The notes beneath the pieces are model-generated. The model was not told where the DNA came from and made no database searches. It saw nothing but the letters and a program-made list of their open reading frames with translations. Made by a program: the position numbers and the translations under genes. 64,000 bases of DNA from Antedon mediterranea (lineage: Eukaryota; Animalia; Echinodermata), in the NCBI RefSeq assembly GCF_964355755.1, contig NC_092670.1, positions 13,564,795 to 13,628,794 of the forward strand. The letters are read 5' to 3'. This document shows, one piece after another, positions 51,501 through 64,000 of the stretch (its first letter is position 1; each line of letters starts with the position of its first letter).

Positions 51501-53537
51501 AATGAAAAATCGGTGTTTATTCTGCAAATAGATAAACTGGATCAGAAGATGATACCATGTGAGTAATATATCACTGCTCTCTTAATATTTTGATTCATCC
51601 TATAAGCTCAACATGTATACCTGGATTTAGCTCACATAAATCTTAAAAGTAATATGTAAAGAACAAAAAAATAATGTTTTAAAGATTCATATATGTCATC
51701 GTTTTTGATAATAATTAGAATTTAGATAAGTAAAAAGGATCTTAAATGCAATGCTAATAGTTATGATATCAATTAGTATATTGTATAAAAATAAAAACTA
51801 TTCTTCGACATCGATATTCGTGATATAATTATAGTGTTTTTTTGGAATTAGAAAGACAATTAGTCTGTTAATGGTAACAAGAATTATTTTACAAAACACA
51901 ATCTGTTTTTAAAAGTTGTTATTCGGTATTAGGAGGACAGGAATAAATGAAACTATTGCACAATATTTTCTCACTAAATTCAATTTCACGCACAGTATCT
52001 ATTGATATCAACATCTATTTTGGTAAAAATAACATTCATTCATCTTTTATTTCAGAAAAAAAAATTAATTCTCCATAGCTCAAGAACAAAGGAAACAATA
52101 TTATATATATATATATATATATATAAATACCCAATATTGTTAGCATCAACAGACACGAAAACAAAATGTACTTTAAATTGTTATTATAATTTATTTGGAA
52201 AAGTAGGAGTATGAAATTACATATTCTGAAATTATATTTTAAATACATTTAACTTGTAATCACCCCCATCATCAAATTGTACAATATAATCGCTTAAACA
52301 ATCTTTTAGAAAAAAAATAAGGCAGGGAGATAAAAGAACAACAACAATATCAGAAATTATAATGTTTTTTACTCAAATATGAATGAAAGAAATAAATGTT
52401 TATTTGAATTGAATTTGAATTGAACGCATGACATGTATGTGTTAACATCACATTCATAATGACATTAATACATGCTTGCACTGTTTCACATAAGATGAAA
52501 ACATCAACATGGAGCAAATGCATATTACAGTTAAAAGAAATGAAATAAATAATAAAACAGTTCACTTTTAACAACATAATGAACTGCTGCATGTTTATTC
52601 TCTCTTTTACTGATTGCTAAACTATTTCACATTATTCACTTCAAGCACATAGGAATGCGCTGCTAAGAGCTCATTGTACTAAATTGGTAGAGTAACCAGT
52701 TCCTTTCACGTTTCCTTAGTACAGTACAATATAGTTTACAACCATGAACTTAGAGTTGTTATTTTAGGGAATTAAACCTAGCTAAGACCTGTTTATATGC
52801 TAGTTAACTTTTCTAATCAACCACTCTTTACTATACCTATATATTATTAGGATATTTTATTTTAAGTATGAAGTTGATATTTGAAGTAAAATTCCAACCT
52901 GATCAACTGTCGGTACAAATTTTTAAACTCGATGTGAGTCTATACGCATAATAACTGTTCAGACCGTTAATATGACCAGTTGTATTGTACCTACTCACAA
53001 TAATAAGTATTATTGTGACTGTTGGTGACACCTTGTTAGCAGGTAATTGTACAAGAACGCTGCATAATTAACGATAACAGTATTTTTACAATAAATAAGG
53101 ATGTTTTTGTAGAACAGACAATTAGTCGCTATACGAAAAATGAAAATGTGTGAACGAATAAAATATGTAACACATGTTGACGAAAGACACTGATGATAAT
53201 TGCCTATAGTTATATCAAAGAGCACTTATGGATTACCTTTTATATTACATCAAATGTTTTCCGGAATCGGTTGTTAGGCTTGATTTTAGCAATAATAATG
53301 AACAACAATCACCAATAGACTCATGATCTACGATAAGAATTGTTTTTATTCAAACAAAACATTGGCCTATTGGTTAGAAATTGTGTTATTTCTTTAAAAG
53401 TAGTAGTACTTTTATTCCAATAATACTCGATCCCAACAGTTTACACGGGCACAAGAAGGCACGCACTTTTATCAATATAATTTTGACATTCGATATGATA
53501 ATTTATAAATATGTAATACCTATAGGTTTATAACGTT

Positions 53538-53948
53538 CGGTGTCAAATATCAATGTTTGCACACGTGCGTCGATCTCTGTCTTCGTTGTGAAAAATATAA
53601 AAGTGTACACGCGCGTGTCGATTTTTATTTCTTTGTAGTGTCAAATATCAACGTTTACACGCGCACGCCGATTTAGATGGCTTTCTAATGTCAAATATAA
53701 ACGTTTACACGCGTGCTTCGATTTATATGGCTTTATAGCGTCAAATATCAACGTTTACAAGCGCACGTCGATTTATATGTCAGGCGTGTAGTGTCAAATA
53801 TCAACGTTTACACACGCACGTGATTTATATGTCTGGCGTTTAGTGTCAAATATCAACGTTTACACGCGCACGTCGATTTATATGACTGTGTAGTGTCAAA
53901 GATAAACGTTATACACGCGCGCGTCGATTTATGTCATCGTAGAGTCAA
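53538..53948. repeat. Minisatellite, ~45-50 bp unit, ~9 copies
   Basis: Repeated GTGTCAAATATCAACGTTTACACGCGCACGTCGATTTATATG. Confidence 0.9.
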
Positions 53949-55946
53949 TGATTTATTTGAAACATGCAAATGCATCCTGCTGCAGAATAATCTTAAGGTT
54001 AATTGATTGTAGAATCCCGTTGTGTAATATCATAATTAACAGTCAGGTAAGAACATTTTACGACCATTGCACTCATTAACGTTCGCATTATATATAAGTA
54101 TCACGTTTTTTTGTATTGTTGTTTTATTGTCTGATTTCTAAATTACATTATATTCTGGGCGCCGTTGATGATGTGTTATCAATGTGTTGACTTTCGGTTC
54201 CAAGTTAAAAGAGTTATTATTCGTTAGACAAATAATATTGTCTAAATTTAGATTTGATTTGTCGAAACCGTTGTATACTTAAAAACTACGATACATAAAT
54301 CGTGTTGTTACTCACTTTTATAGAATAATAATTGGATTTCGTACTTGTACTTTTAATCCTTAAATGGATTATTTAAACGTATAGGCATTCGCACATGGTT
54401 AATGTATTTTAATATGATATTAATTACAGCTATGCTACTCTTTGATTTAATTCGTTTAGTTAGAGGAAAAAAATAAGTCGATATAAATTTTAAATACTAT
54501 AAAGTCTGACTACCGTACCGTACGTAGATGAAACAGAGATACGCCATAACGTTAACGCAGTTGCCATTGCCACTAGGACACAATTCGGGAACTGCGTTGG
54601 ATCACTATGTCTACGTACAGTACACAAAGAGAGATCCAACCAAACATCCTGACAAGATGTACGTACCGTATCCTCAACTACAAGACTTGAGAAATTCAAT
54701 ATGGAAGTGTATAGTTAATGTACCGCATAACCATCCTTAAGGCCGATTCACACGGAGGCGTCATGTGTTATTGAAATACGTTTTTGTTGTACACATAATA
54801 TGATAACAATAGATTATATTATTTGATTATGGTATTAGTTGACTTCAGTAGAATTAACAACAGCATAGTATTGGAAATATCTGATTGACACTACACATTT
54901 GAAAATATATATCTCTGTTTTTACCGAATATTTGTATATCTAAAATTCAAAACGCATGCAAAGTTTTCCTTTAATAAACACGATAACGGCATTTACAGAT
55001 ACTTATGGTAATCTAAACAGCGCATTACCACATACACATAATCGTTGTGTTGGTATAATACATTATATTCAGAATTTCTTTATTATGCGTATTTATAGAT
55101 TGAGATGAACAGCGAAATAAGCAAAGAAATGCAATTTAAATTTAATGAATGGAATTACAGGTGCTATCGCCATTGATCGTTCGGTCAATGACGTACTGTA
55201 TGATGGCGACAGAAGTTTTATTACATAATACCATTCGTACGTATGAGTATCTTATACTATACAACTCAAATGTCATAATAACTTTATCACCCTCATCAAT
55301 TCTTATTCATAATTACTCCCATTGACAACATTAGTACTATCGTTATTTGCATAACTAAAACTTGAACATCAGATCATCACATTTTTAAGAATGTTTAACT
55401 TCTCCAAATCTTCAGCATAGCAACAATCATTACATCAATGTAATACATGTTCAATACTATAATATAACTTCAGTGCCATCACTAGAACATTATCTATTCT
55501 TATTCGTAGCACTCCCATCGACAACATTATTAGGCCTACTATCATGTTGTGTTCAGACAAATCACTAATACCTAATACAGTACTTAATCCTCAATAACAT
55601 CACACGACCTTCTCCATCGTAATCCTCCTCATACACATCCATGGTATCGTTCCATTTTTCCTCCATCATCTCCATTGTCATATACAAAATCATTCTGCTC
55701 ATCCTCTCCTCATCGTTTCAATCAACCCCATCTCGTTTTCCTCTACAACTTCTTCTTCCTCTTCCATGGCACCTCTTCATTCAAAATTACAATTGCAGGA
55801 AATATCATAAGGTAGTCAAAGTAGTTTGAAATGAGAAGGAGATTTTGACGTATAAAGGTGATCTTGTATCAATAAAGCAGACAATCGATGTCCCAACTAA
55901 GTACCCAACACAAGTTGACCTTTGGCAGATTGACCTTTTGGCAAAT

Positions 55947-56003
55947 TAATCCCAGAATCCAATTAATCAATATAATATATTGATTAATTGGATTCTGGGA
56001 TTA
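55947..56003. repeat. Perfect 57-bp palindrome (28-bp arms, 1-nt centre)
   Basis: TAATCCCAGAATCCAATTAATCAATATA-A-TATATTGATTAATTGGATTCTGGGATTA. Confidence 0.9.
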
Positions 56004-57194
56004 TAGTATTCTGTTGTGCCTTTGGTTTTTCGATCTCAAGTCCTATACAAATTACTCCCCAGTTTCTCTTAGATAAATTGTAATGTTTCTCTCTAATTTT
56101 AGTTTAGTTGATGCTCGCTGCACGGTGAGTTGTAACACTATTTAGGTACATTTCAAATAATAAGAAAACAAAGAAATGCAAATCAGAGAATCCAATTTGT
56201 TTATAATACATTTTAATATTTTAATTTTTTCTTGATTGTTATCGTTATTATCCTGTTATCAAGTTCGCATGCGATATATTATTTATTTAAAGCTTAGGGT
56301 AATAGTAAAGAGCAACAATTTTCATACAATACATGCGTCACATGTGATCGCGGATTGTGTCAAACACAGTAGACGGAATTTTTGTTAAAATGCATTCACA
56401 CGGAGATAATTAAAAAGCGTACAGAATTGAACGGAGACGTTTCTGTGAAATTATGTAACAGTGTGAGTTGCGGCATCATGTTATGATCAAATCTTTGGGA
56501 AAGTAAACATTAAAAACGTTTATATAGAATCAAATGGTATAAACAAGCAAACACCAAGAAAGTAGTAGAAAATGGAAGAATTAGGGGAATACCTAATTGA
56601 AAATCAATATTATATGTTTTTATTCACTAACGTGGAAGGTTTGTTAGGAAGCAATGAAGAGTAAAATCAGAAACTACAGTGCTTGCTTACCGGGTTATCG
56701 ATGGAAAAACAAACAAGGAAGCAACAACAAAAAAAGCCAGCAGCAATAACAAGCAATTGAATTCATAACAAAACACACAAAAGAAAGAACAAAATAAACG
56801 AGAATAACCTCAACATCTTCCACAATCACAATCTAAAATTATTAATTTTTTTTTTTTCCAGAAAATTTCAACACGCTAGTAGAAGCAACAATTACAAATA
56901 GCATAACATTATTATTTTTTTAATGTAACAAAATGGTCAACTAAATTCAAAAGTAAAAGAAAAAGATTTTTCTAAAATAATATTATTTCTCTTATTTCTC
57001 CAGGTTATTAGGAATGTCCAACTATAGATTTTAGACTAGTCCAGAGAGTCATATTTACACTCTAATAAGATGCTGTAGGCATTTCGTGTTAAAAGCGAAT
57101 AAACATGTGTTTTAGGGTAATTTTGGGGTTCTGAATTCAAATTTGCTGTTTACCCAGCTCAATTTTTAGATCTTCATCCTTAAAATGTGAAAAA

Positions 57195-57870
57195 CAAAAT
57201 GGCCGCCATTTCAGACTTATTTTGGCTTATAACTTGACTTTTAAGTGACGTAGCAGGTTAAAAATGGTGTCCATACCTATGTTTGTGATAGTGAAGATTC
57301 CAACTATATTGTTATTAAAGTTGCAAATATTCTATTTCAGCCGCCACGTTGAAATTCAAGATGGCCGCCATTTTAAACGTATTATGGCTTATAACTTGAC
57401 TTTTAATTAACATAGCAAGTTAAAAATAGTTTCTATACCTATGTTTGTGATACTGAGGATTCCAAATATATTGTTATTTAAGTTGTAAATATTCTATTTC
57501 AGCCTCCATGTTGGAATTCAAGATGGTCGCCATTTAAAACGTATTTTGGCTTATAACTTAACATATAAGTAACATAGTAGGTTAGAAATGATGTCTATAC
57601 AGTACCTATGTTTGTGATACTGAGGATTCCAAATATATTGTTATTAAAGTTGTAAATATTCTATTTCAGTCGCCATGTTGGAATTCAAGATGGTCGCTAT
57701 GTATAACGTATTTTGGCTTATAACTTGAAATATAAATAAGTAACATAGTAGGTTAGAAATGATGTCTATACAGTACCTATGTTTGTGATACTGACGATTC
57801 CAAATATATTGTTACTGTATTAAAGTTGTAAACAGCCGCCATGTTGAAATCAAAGATGGCACCTATTTTA
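57195..57870. repeat. Tandem repeat, ~162-172 bp unit, ~4 copies (likely internal repeats of a non-autonomous element)
   Basis: Repeated AAGATGGCCGCCATTT..TGGCTTATAACTT..TACCTATGTTTGTGATA..GATTCCAA. Confidence 0.85.
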
Positions 57871-58270
57871 AACACACACACACAGGGTAGTAACAAAGTG
57901 CGAGGCAAACAAACAAATGAAAATGAAAAACTCACAAAGGGATTGTTCTTTATGTGTAAAATATTTTAAAACGAGATAGATGAATGATGATCATTGTCAA
58001 GTGTTTAGAAAAATATGAGAAAATTAATGAAAAAAGGAGGTAATACGGAATTCATAAATGTAAAAATGTTACTGATGAAATTTGGAATTAAAAAAATGTG
58101 TTAAATAATATGATTTAATGACATGAGATAATAGCAATGTGAATAAAAGTAGTGTTTGCGCCACAAAAGAAAAAAAAATATATATATATACAGTATATAA
58201 ACATCACAGAATAAATTCTAATCCGCCCGATATAATGAAATTTAATTAGAAAAAATAAAAATGATAGAAA

Positions 58271-58360
58271 CCTGTGAGAATGAGAAAAAGCCCTCTCCGA
58301 GATTCAAACCCGGAACCTTCTGCTTGATATGCAGATCTCCTAACCATTAGACCACTGGTG
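58271..58360 (-). mobile_element. tRNA-derived SINE head
   Basis: Minus strand CAGTGGTCTAATGGTT (A box), GGTTTGAATC (B box); homologous to 21847-21935. Confidence 0.6.
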
Positions 58361-61300
58361 TTTTCATTGTATTGTTCCAATTCGATTGTGCGAGGCAGCG
58401 AGGTACACCAAGTATAAGTGTGAGGCATGCGTCGCATATAGTTTACAATTTCAAAAAGGTGCGAGGCATATTATAGTTTACAATTTCAAAAAGGTGCGAG
58501 GCATTTCTTAACGTGCTATTATGCTATATTATAGGCCTAATAATTAATTATTTATATTTTTAAAATAGGCCTAGCGTATCGAAATAGATTCGTGTATACA
58601 CTCATCATGCTATGTTGTTTATTTTTATGTAACGATTGTTTTTTCATTCAAGTCATATCGTGTATAAACATATGTTAAATGTATACAAACAACAATTGAT
58701 AAAGACATCAGTATAATAATAATATATAAATTGAGAAAACTAATAAAAAGTAGTGTATAATTTAATTTATTTATGCATTGATATTACCATATATTAATGA
58801 TTGTTGTGAAATTTGGGGTAACACTTATAAAAGAACAGTACAAAATGTTTACAAAAAAAAGGTACTGTAATTTATAAAACTAGGAAGTGTAGACGATGGT
58901 TCTCGGAATGATAATGACTCGGGACGTAAACAGTTTTAGAAGGACATTCTGGCCTGGACAATTTCGGTCGGTTACCATTATTTAAATGCTTTTGATATTC
59001 GTAAAACAAAACGTACTCACTAACCTAAGTGTCTTAGATGATTAATAGCGTTTAAGGCGTATAGTGTTTATTGTAGATATGAAAAGTGGTAAAAAAGAAT
59101 AACAAATGCTTGGTAAATTGTAGATAACAGTCCGAAGAAATCTACTAAAAATAATATAATTGGGTTATAAATATAATATTGTGGATGGGCGTTTATTAGA
59201 TGTAATTGGGGTGGGGTTGAGTAGCGAGATAATTATTTTAATTGATGTTTTATTGGGGAGGTGTTCCGGGCGTTTATTCAAATAAATACCATCCTAATTG
59301 GTATAATTATGATTATTCCGCGACACAGTGGCCTAAGAAGAAAGACGTTTTAGACGGCTTGCAACATGGGCAGAAGTATCCCAGGGGCCTGACGGGACAC
59401 AGATAGCGCACAGTATACATAAAGTCTTGGCAGATTACTCAACAACTCGGCTATCGGGGTTTATGTACTACTATTACATAGTAGTATATACCTTCACACG
59501 CGCGGTCCGAAAATAAACAAAAAAACAAAATGGCTATCGCCACCAAGCACCAACGGCCAACTTAGTTGAAACAGGTAGTTGTTTTACAACTCCCTGGTTG
59601 AAACCAACACCTTACCGTGAACCCGGAAATTACTTCTACCGGGCGTAGAGTTAAAATTTACCGATTGAAATCAGAAAATTTCTTATAAAACCCTTTATAA
59701 TATCTTCCTAAGATAGACATATGGAACAATAGCGTCGATGTGAAAACTAATGTTATCAAATCTATGTTTCGCGGTACATCTGAGATAGATAAGGTAGGTA
59801 TCCAAGGCGGAGATTTGTACCGAAGTTTTTGCATTGTGCTCGCCTATGTCAGAATTAACCATAATTTATATATAGATTATCAATAGTGTAAGATGATAGC
59901 ATTAGCCATAGTAGTAAATGATACTGGATACCAGAAGAAGTAGAGGTTTCGTTTTGAGGTTTTTTCATCTACAGTATTATATAAAATGCCTTCAATTCAG
60001 AATAAGGAAATAGAATTAAGATTCACGGCCAAATGATAATAAGGACTAAAACAAAGTGGAATGCGTCAATTTCTCATGCATTTATTGGTGAAAAACACGT
60101 TTAATCTCAATATATTTGTTAATTTGTCAATAAAAATGCTGTAATATGTTACTGCTGATACTGTTCTGTTTTCAAAGAATAATAATCGATCCTAAATTTT
60201 GGGAAATGATAAAATGATGCCTCGCATTTTTTGATGATGGTAAAACGATGCCTCGCATAAATTTCTGACTTGCCTTGCTTTTGCGCATATCCTAGGCCTG
60301 TTGTGCATGTAGTTCTCTGTGCCCTGGGGACCTGTGAACACCTGCACATAGCCGGCCTAGCCCATTAAACAATTATTACGCAATAAACATTAAGCTATAT
60401 ATGCTTTGCAATTAGTGGTAATATGTAGGCCTACACACATAAATATAAGTTTAATTTATAGTATAATAATTAGATATCAAATTAATAGTTTTCATACAAT
60501 AATATCGTGGATTTATATAGCGCCTAATGTTGTGAAACATTATTACCCCAGTCTATTGGATCGGGACTAGTCTGTTTATCAATTTCACAATAATGTTTTG
60601 TTTGTTTTTGGTAATGAGTGAAACAACACGATCACATGTAGCAAAATCACAAGTCTAAGCTACATAATTGCTTTGGTGTGAAATGCAAATAATTATTTAA
60701 AAAACATGTATAATCTTCGACAGTAAATTACTTGAACTTGATGCTTTTGCTATATAAGTACATTTCTTTAATTAATAATTTAGAGATTTTGTTTTTAAAC
60801 ACAGAATTGATCAGTTTATACTCTGAAATCACCGCTTAACATCACGTTTTGTTCTCCACCTCGGGAATAAACACATTCTGTGTTTTACATTGTAAAATTA
60901 AGAAGAAGAGCCTTTAAAAGTTCAGTTGTTAAAGAAGTAATTATTTGTATCGTAAAGGGCATGATTTATTGTTGCGCAAATGTATTTCAATTCTGTTCGT
61001 GCCGATGCTTGTGTATATGTTATGGTCTGTTACAATACATTAATGATTTTTTTCAGTATCGTAAATAAACTGATAACTGTGATTCTGCTTACCGCATTTA
61101 ACTGTTAGAGTGCTATGACAGAATAGACAACTAGAATTATTTTCAGATGTTGTTTTAACTATTGTAAACAACGTCATAAAAACGTATCGATGAAAATAGT
61201 ATGACAAATATTATGCGATGAAACCAACACGGGTATAAATAATCACTAAATGCGTTTTTACGCAACGAATAAAGGACTGATGATGTAGAGTTGTCGTTCA

Positions 61301-64000
61301 AAAGGGCTTCGACTCTACATCACCTTGACAACTAAATTCCCAACGTATCGTAATGTCCATGTTATTGCCTTTAAATGTGAACGTTAGGCTCGTGTCACAA
61401 TAGCCTAAGCCTACTCCAAACCAGCGATTATCTCATTTTGCCTCTGGTATTAGATAAATACTTGACAACTGTAAAGCAGCGTTCACACACAAATATCCGA
61501 TATTATTTTTCATACTTCGTGACCATTCTTAATTATTCCGAGTCGTTGTTTTTAGTCCGTGTTCCATAACCGATTGGATTTGGGACCCGATTCTCGGTAT
61601 TGTATCTAAATTTAACCAGTAACACAGGAAAATTCCGTAATACAGTATCGTATACCATAACATAACCCAGGGAAGAGTGCCTGCCTAACTCTTAATCTAA
61701 CCTTCTGTGGTACAGGCATCACATGCGATACATAATTTATACGATTTCTTTATTAGTAGGCCTACTGTAGGCAAAGATAATCATTTTACTGCCTAATACT
61801 TTATTATTTGTACTTACCTCTTCTGCTAGGACCGATTTTCTTCAATAGATATACCTATGTAAAATAAATTAGAAACGATAGTTTAAAATACTATAATATG
61901 CTCTTCGGTAAATCCTCAATGTTGTTCTCCAACACTAAATGATGCGAATAATGAATAATGGAACTAACGGATCCTTCAGCGACTTGACTTTGACACTGGG
62001 GAATTCACAGAATAGTGCTATTTAGAAGTGAGTGTTTTGTTAGGCAAAACGTATTGTTGTCGAATTCTCCTTTCTTACGATGTTTACAAACCTCTTAGCA
62101 AAACATAATTTCAATACTAAGTATTTCAGCACGTCCATGGTATTGTAAAGTAACTTAATCCAATAGAAGTTGAAATTTTTCAGCTATAATAACAAGCTCT
62201 ACTGTGTCGTCATAATGAACTTATTGATCTTATCCAGACACTATTGGAGCTTTGATCAAATAATACTAGAAATGAAATTTAATAACAACTCGAGTAATTG
62301 TATAAGTGCAAACAGTGAATTAATTGACTTTATTGTTAGTGTGTTTATTACACATACCGTAAATATGTTACAACCACTTCCTCAAATGTATGCACACGTA
62401 ATAATTTTAGAAAATACTTCCGTAATAATGCTTGAAGATTTATTATAAAATGTTATATAATATTATTTAATACATAATTATCTATATTAATATTATTATT
62501 GTTATACATAGTTTAAGGAAATATCATTGTATGGAAATACGCGTTAAAAGTAAATAAATCCTTATGGACTGAAAACAGTACAACCATTATGTATTTGAAA
62601 CTTGGAGTTACATTTTGTAACAACCCTTTTATATTTAATTTCTATTAACATAAAAGAACATCACACTTTAATAATTTTATAGATTGAACAGGCGCTATAT
62701 TTAAACTATTTTGTTTCAAGATACATTTTCTCTTTGATGGGACGGGACACAACTAGAACCTATGCAGCACTCATGTCAGAGTCACAGTCACAGATGAAGG
62801 AATGATTGAAATTCTATTAATCAAAATATTTACTTATTTAATCAATACGTGGTCGACAACTATTTACATTATGTGTACTTAAATAATACAGTAAACACTT
62901 CAACTTGGAGCAGTTGCTTATGTTGTAACAAGTTCTACCACTGCTAATCACATTTCAAATGTGTTTTATTCAAAACACGAACTTACTCATAAACATGAAC
63001 TCACTCATAAACATGAATCTATTCATAAAAAAAAACTTATTTATAAACACGATATTTAAAAAATTATAAAAACCACTTTATTCCATCAATTAAATTTTTC
63101 TTAAAATAAAAGTAACACGCTGGTAAACATCATTACAACACATTCTAAATAAATTTACATTTTAAAATTGCTTCTTCTGAAGTTTTTCAAGGTATAGCTT
63201 AGTTTATTGAAAATCATAACAAAGCATCAAACACAGAGATAGCCCTATACAGTAGATTGAAAGATTGGTTTCCGAAGATTTATCTTGGCAATTATCATTG
63301 GGTGCCAGCGACCCCTTTTATGAATGGATGACATACCCGACGTCATATTAATTGATTACATTATCAGTAATGTTATGTAGTTCAGGTTTGATAATATGAA
63401 TGAGACTTCGTTTGGTTTTAGAAAAATAAAATCCCACTTTAGCATGGCGCCAATCATACAAATGATTAAATACATAAAGAAATAAATAAAAACATTTTGG
63501 TTCTATCACGACACCAGGCCTGAATTAAATACAAAATTCAATTACATAATGATATACACGACAGTTCATGCACAACATTATTGCCAGTGGCATATTTTTT
63601 ACCACACTGAACTACATAATGGCAAAGGTCATATTTTAGTAGTTGATAAAATGCTTAATATATATCTCTTAAAACGACAAATAAATCATAACATTGCAAG
63701 ATAATTAAGCCTTGTTATTCATATTATGCAGTTTGATTGATAAATCTCAATAATAATTTGCTCTATAATTATTCTAATTATAGAGATGAAGAGCACTATC
63801 AAATCCTATTATTTTCTCATAAATTAAACATAGCTACAACCAGTTTAGTACTAACTAGCCGATTATCGGTGCTGTATCTACAATTTACTTTGATTGTTTC
63901 CGCCAAACATACACATTTTAAGCAATGATACTTGGATAGAATTAGTAACCTTCCTCAAATTATACAAACGTCATAAAAAAATCGGTAACCTTTTCGAAAA

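Noticed and set aside
59322-59345. CACAGTG heptamer as a Transib/RAG-like TIR
   Set aside because: No nonamer or inverted partner seen; a 7-mer is expected by chance.
61281-61322. 11-bp inverted repeat TGATGTAGAGT / ACTCTACATCA
   Set aside because: Too short to assign; probably a decayed MITE or chance.
46099-63928. Short ORFs in the 46-64 kb region
   Set aside because: Low-complexity AT-rich translations without domains or consistent exon structure.

Overview
AT-rich eukaryotic (invertebrate animal, possibly echinoderm; inference) genomic DNA, not prokaryotic; most ORF-track entries are spurious or are single exons. Three spliced minus-strand genes can be reconstructed by hand: (1) a 12-coding-exon class B (secretin-family) calcitonin-type GPCR at 29799-45567, with consistent exon phases but an in-frame TGA at codon 6 of its apparent signal peptide; (2,3) two paralogous small secreted Ly6/uPAR (three-finger) genes at 12366-13417 and 22806-24448. 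One has lost exactly two disulfide pairs; the other keeps all 10 Cys but has a GT>AT splice donor. A third, orphan copy of their promoter/first exon lies between them next to a LINE fragment. The rest is rich in transposons: a 1.53-kb Helitron-type tandem array (1-8639), a second Helitron family including a head-to-tail dimer with nested MITEs in a GPCR intron, DINE-1/HINE-like elements, a 3-kb long-TIR (Academ-like) element, two LINE fragments, tRNA-derived SINE heads, minisatellites, and a strong excess of TAGGCCTA, which paralog comparisons show (like TACAGTA/TACTGTA) as small insertions at TA sites, probably transposon excision footprints.
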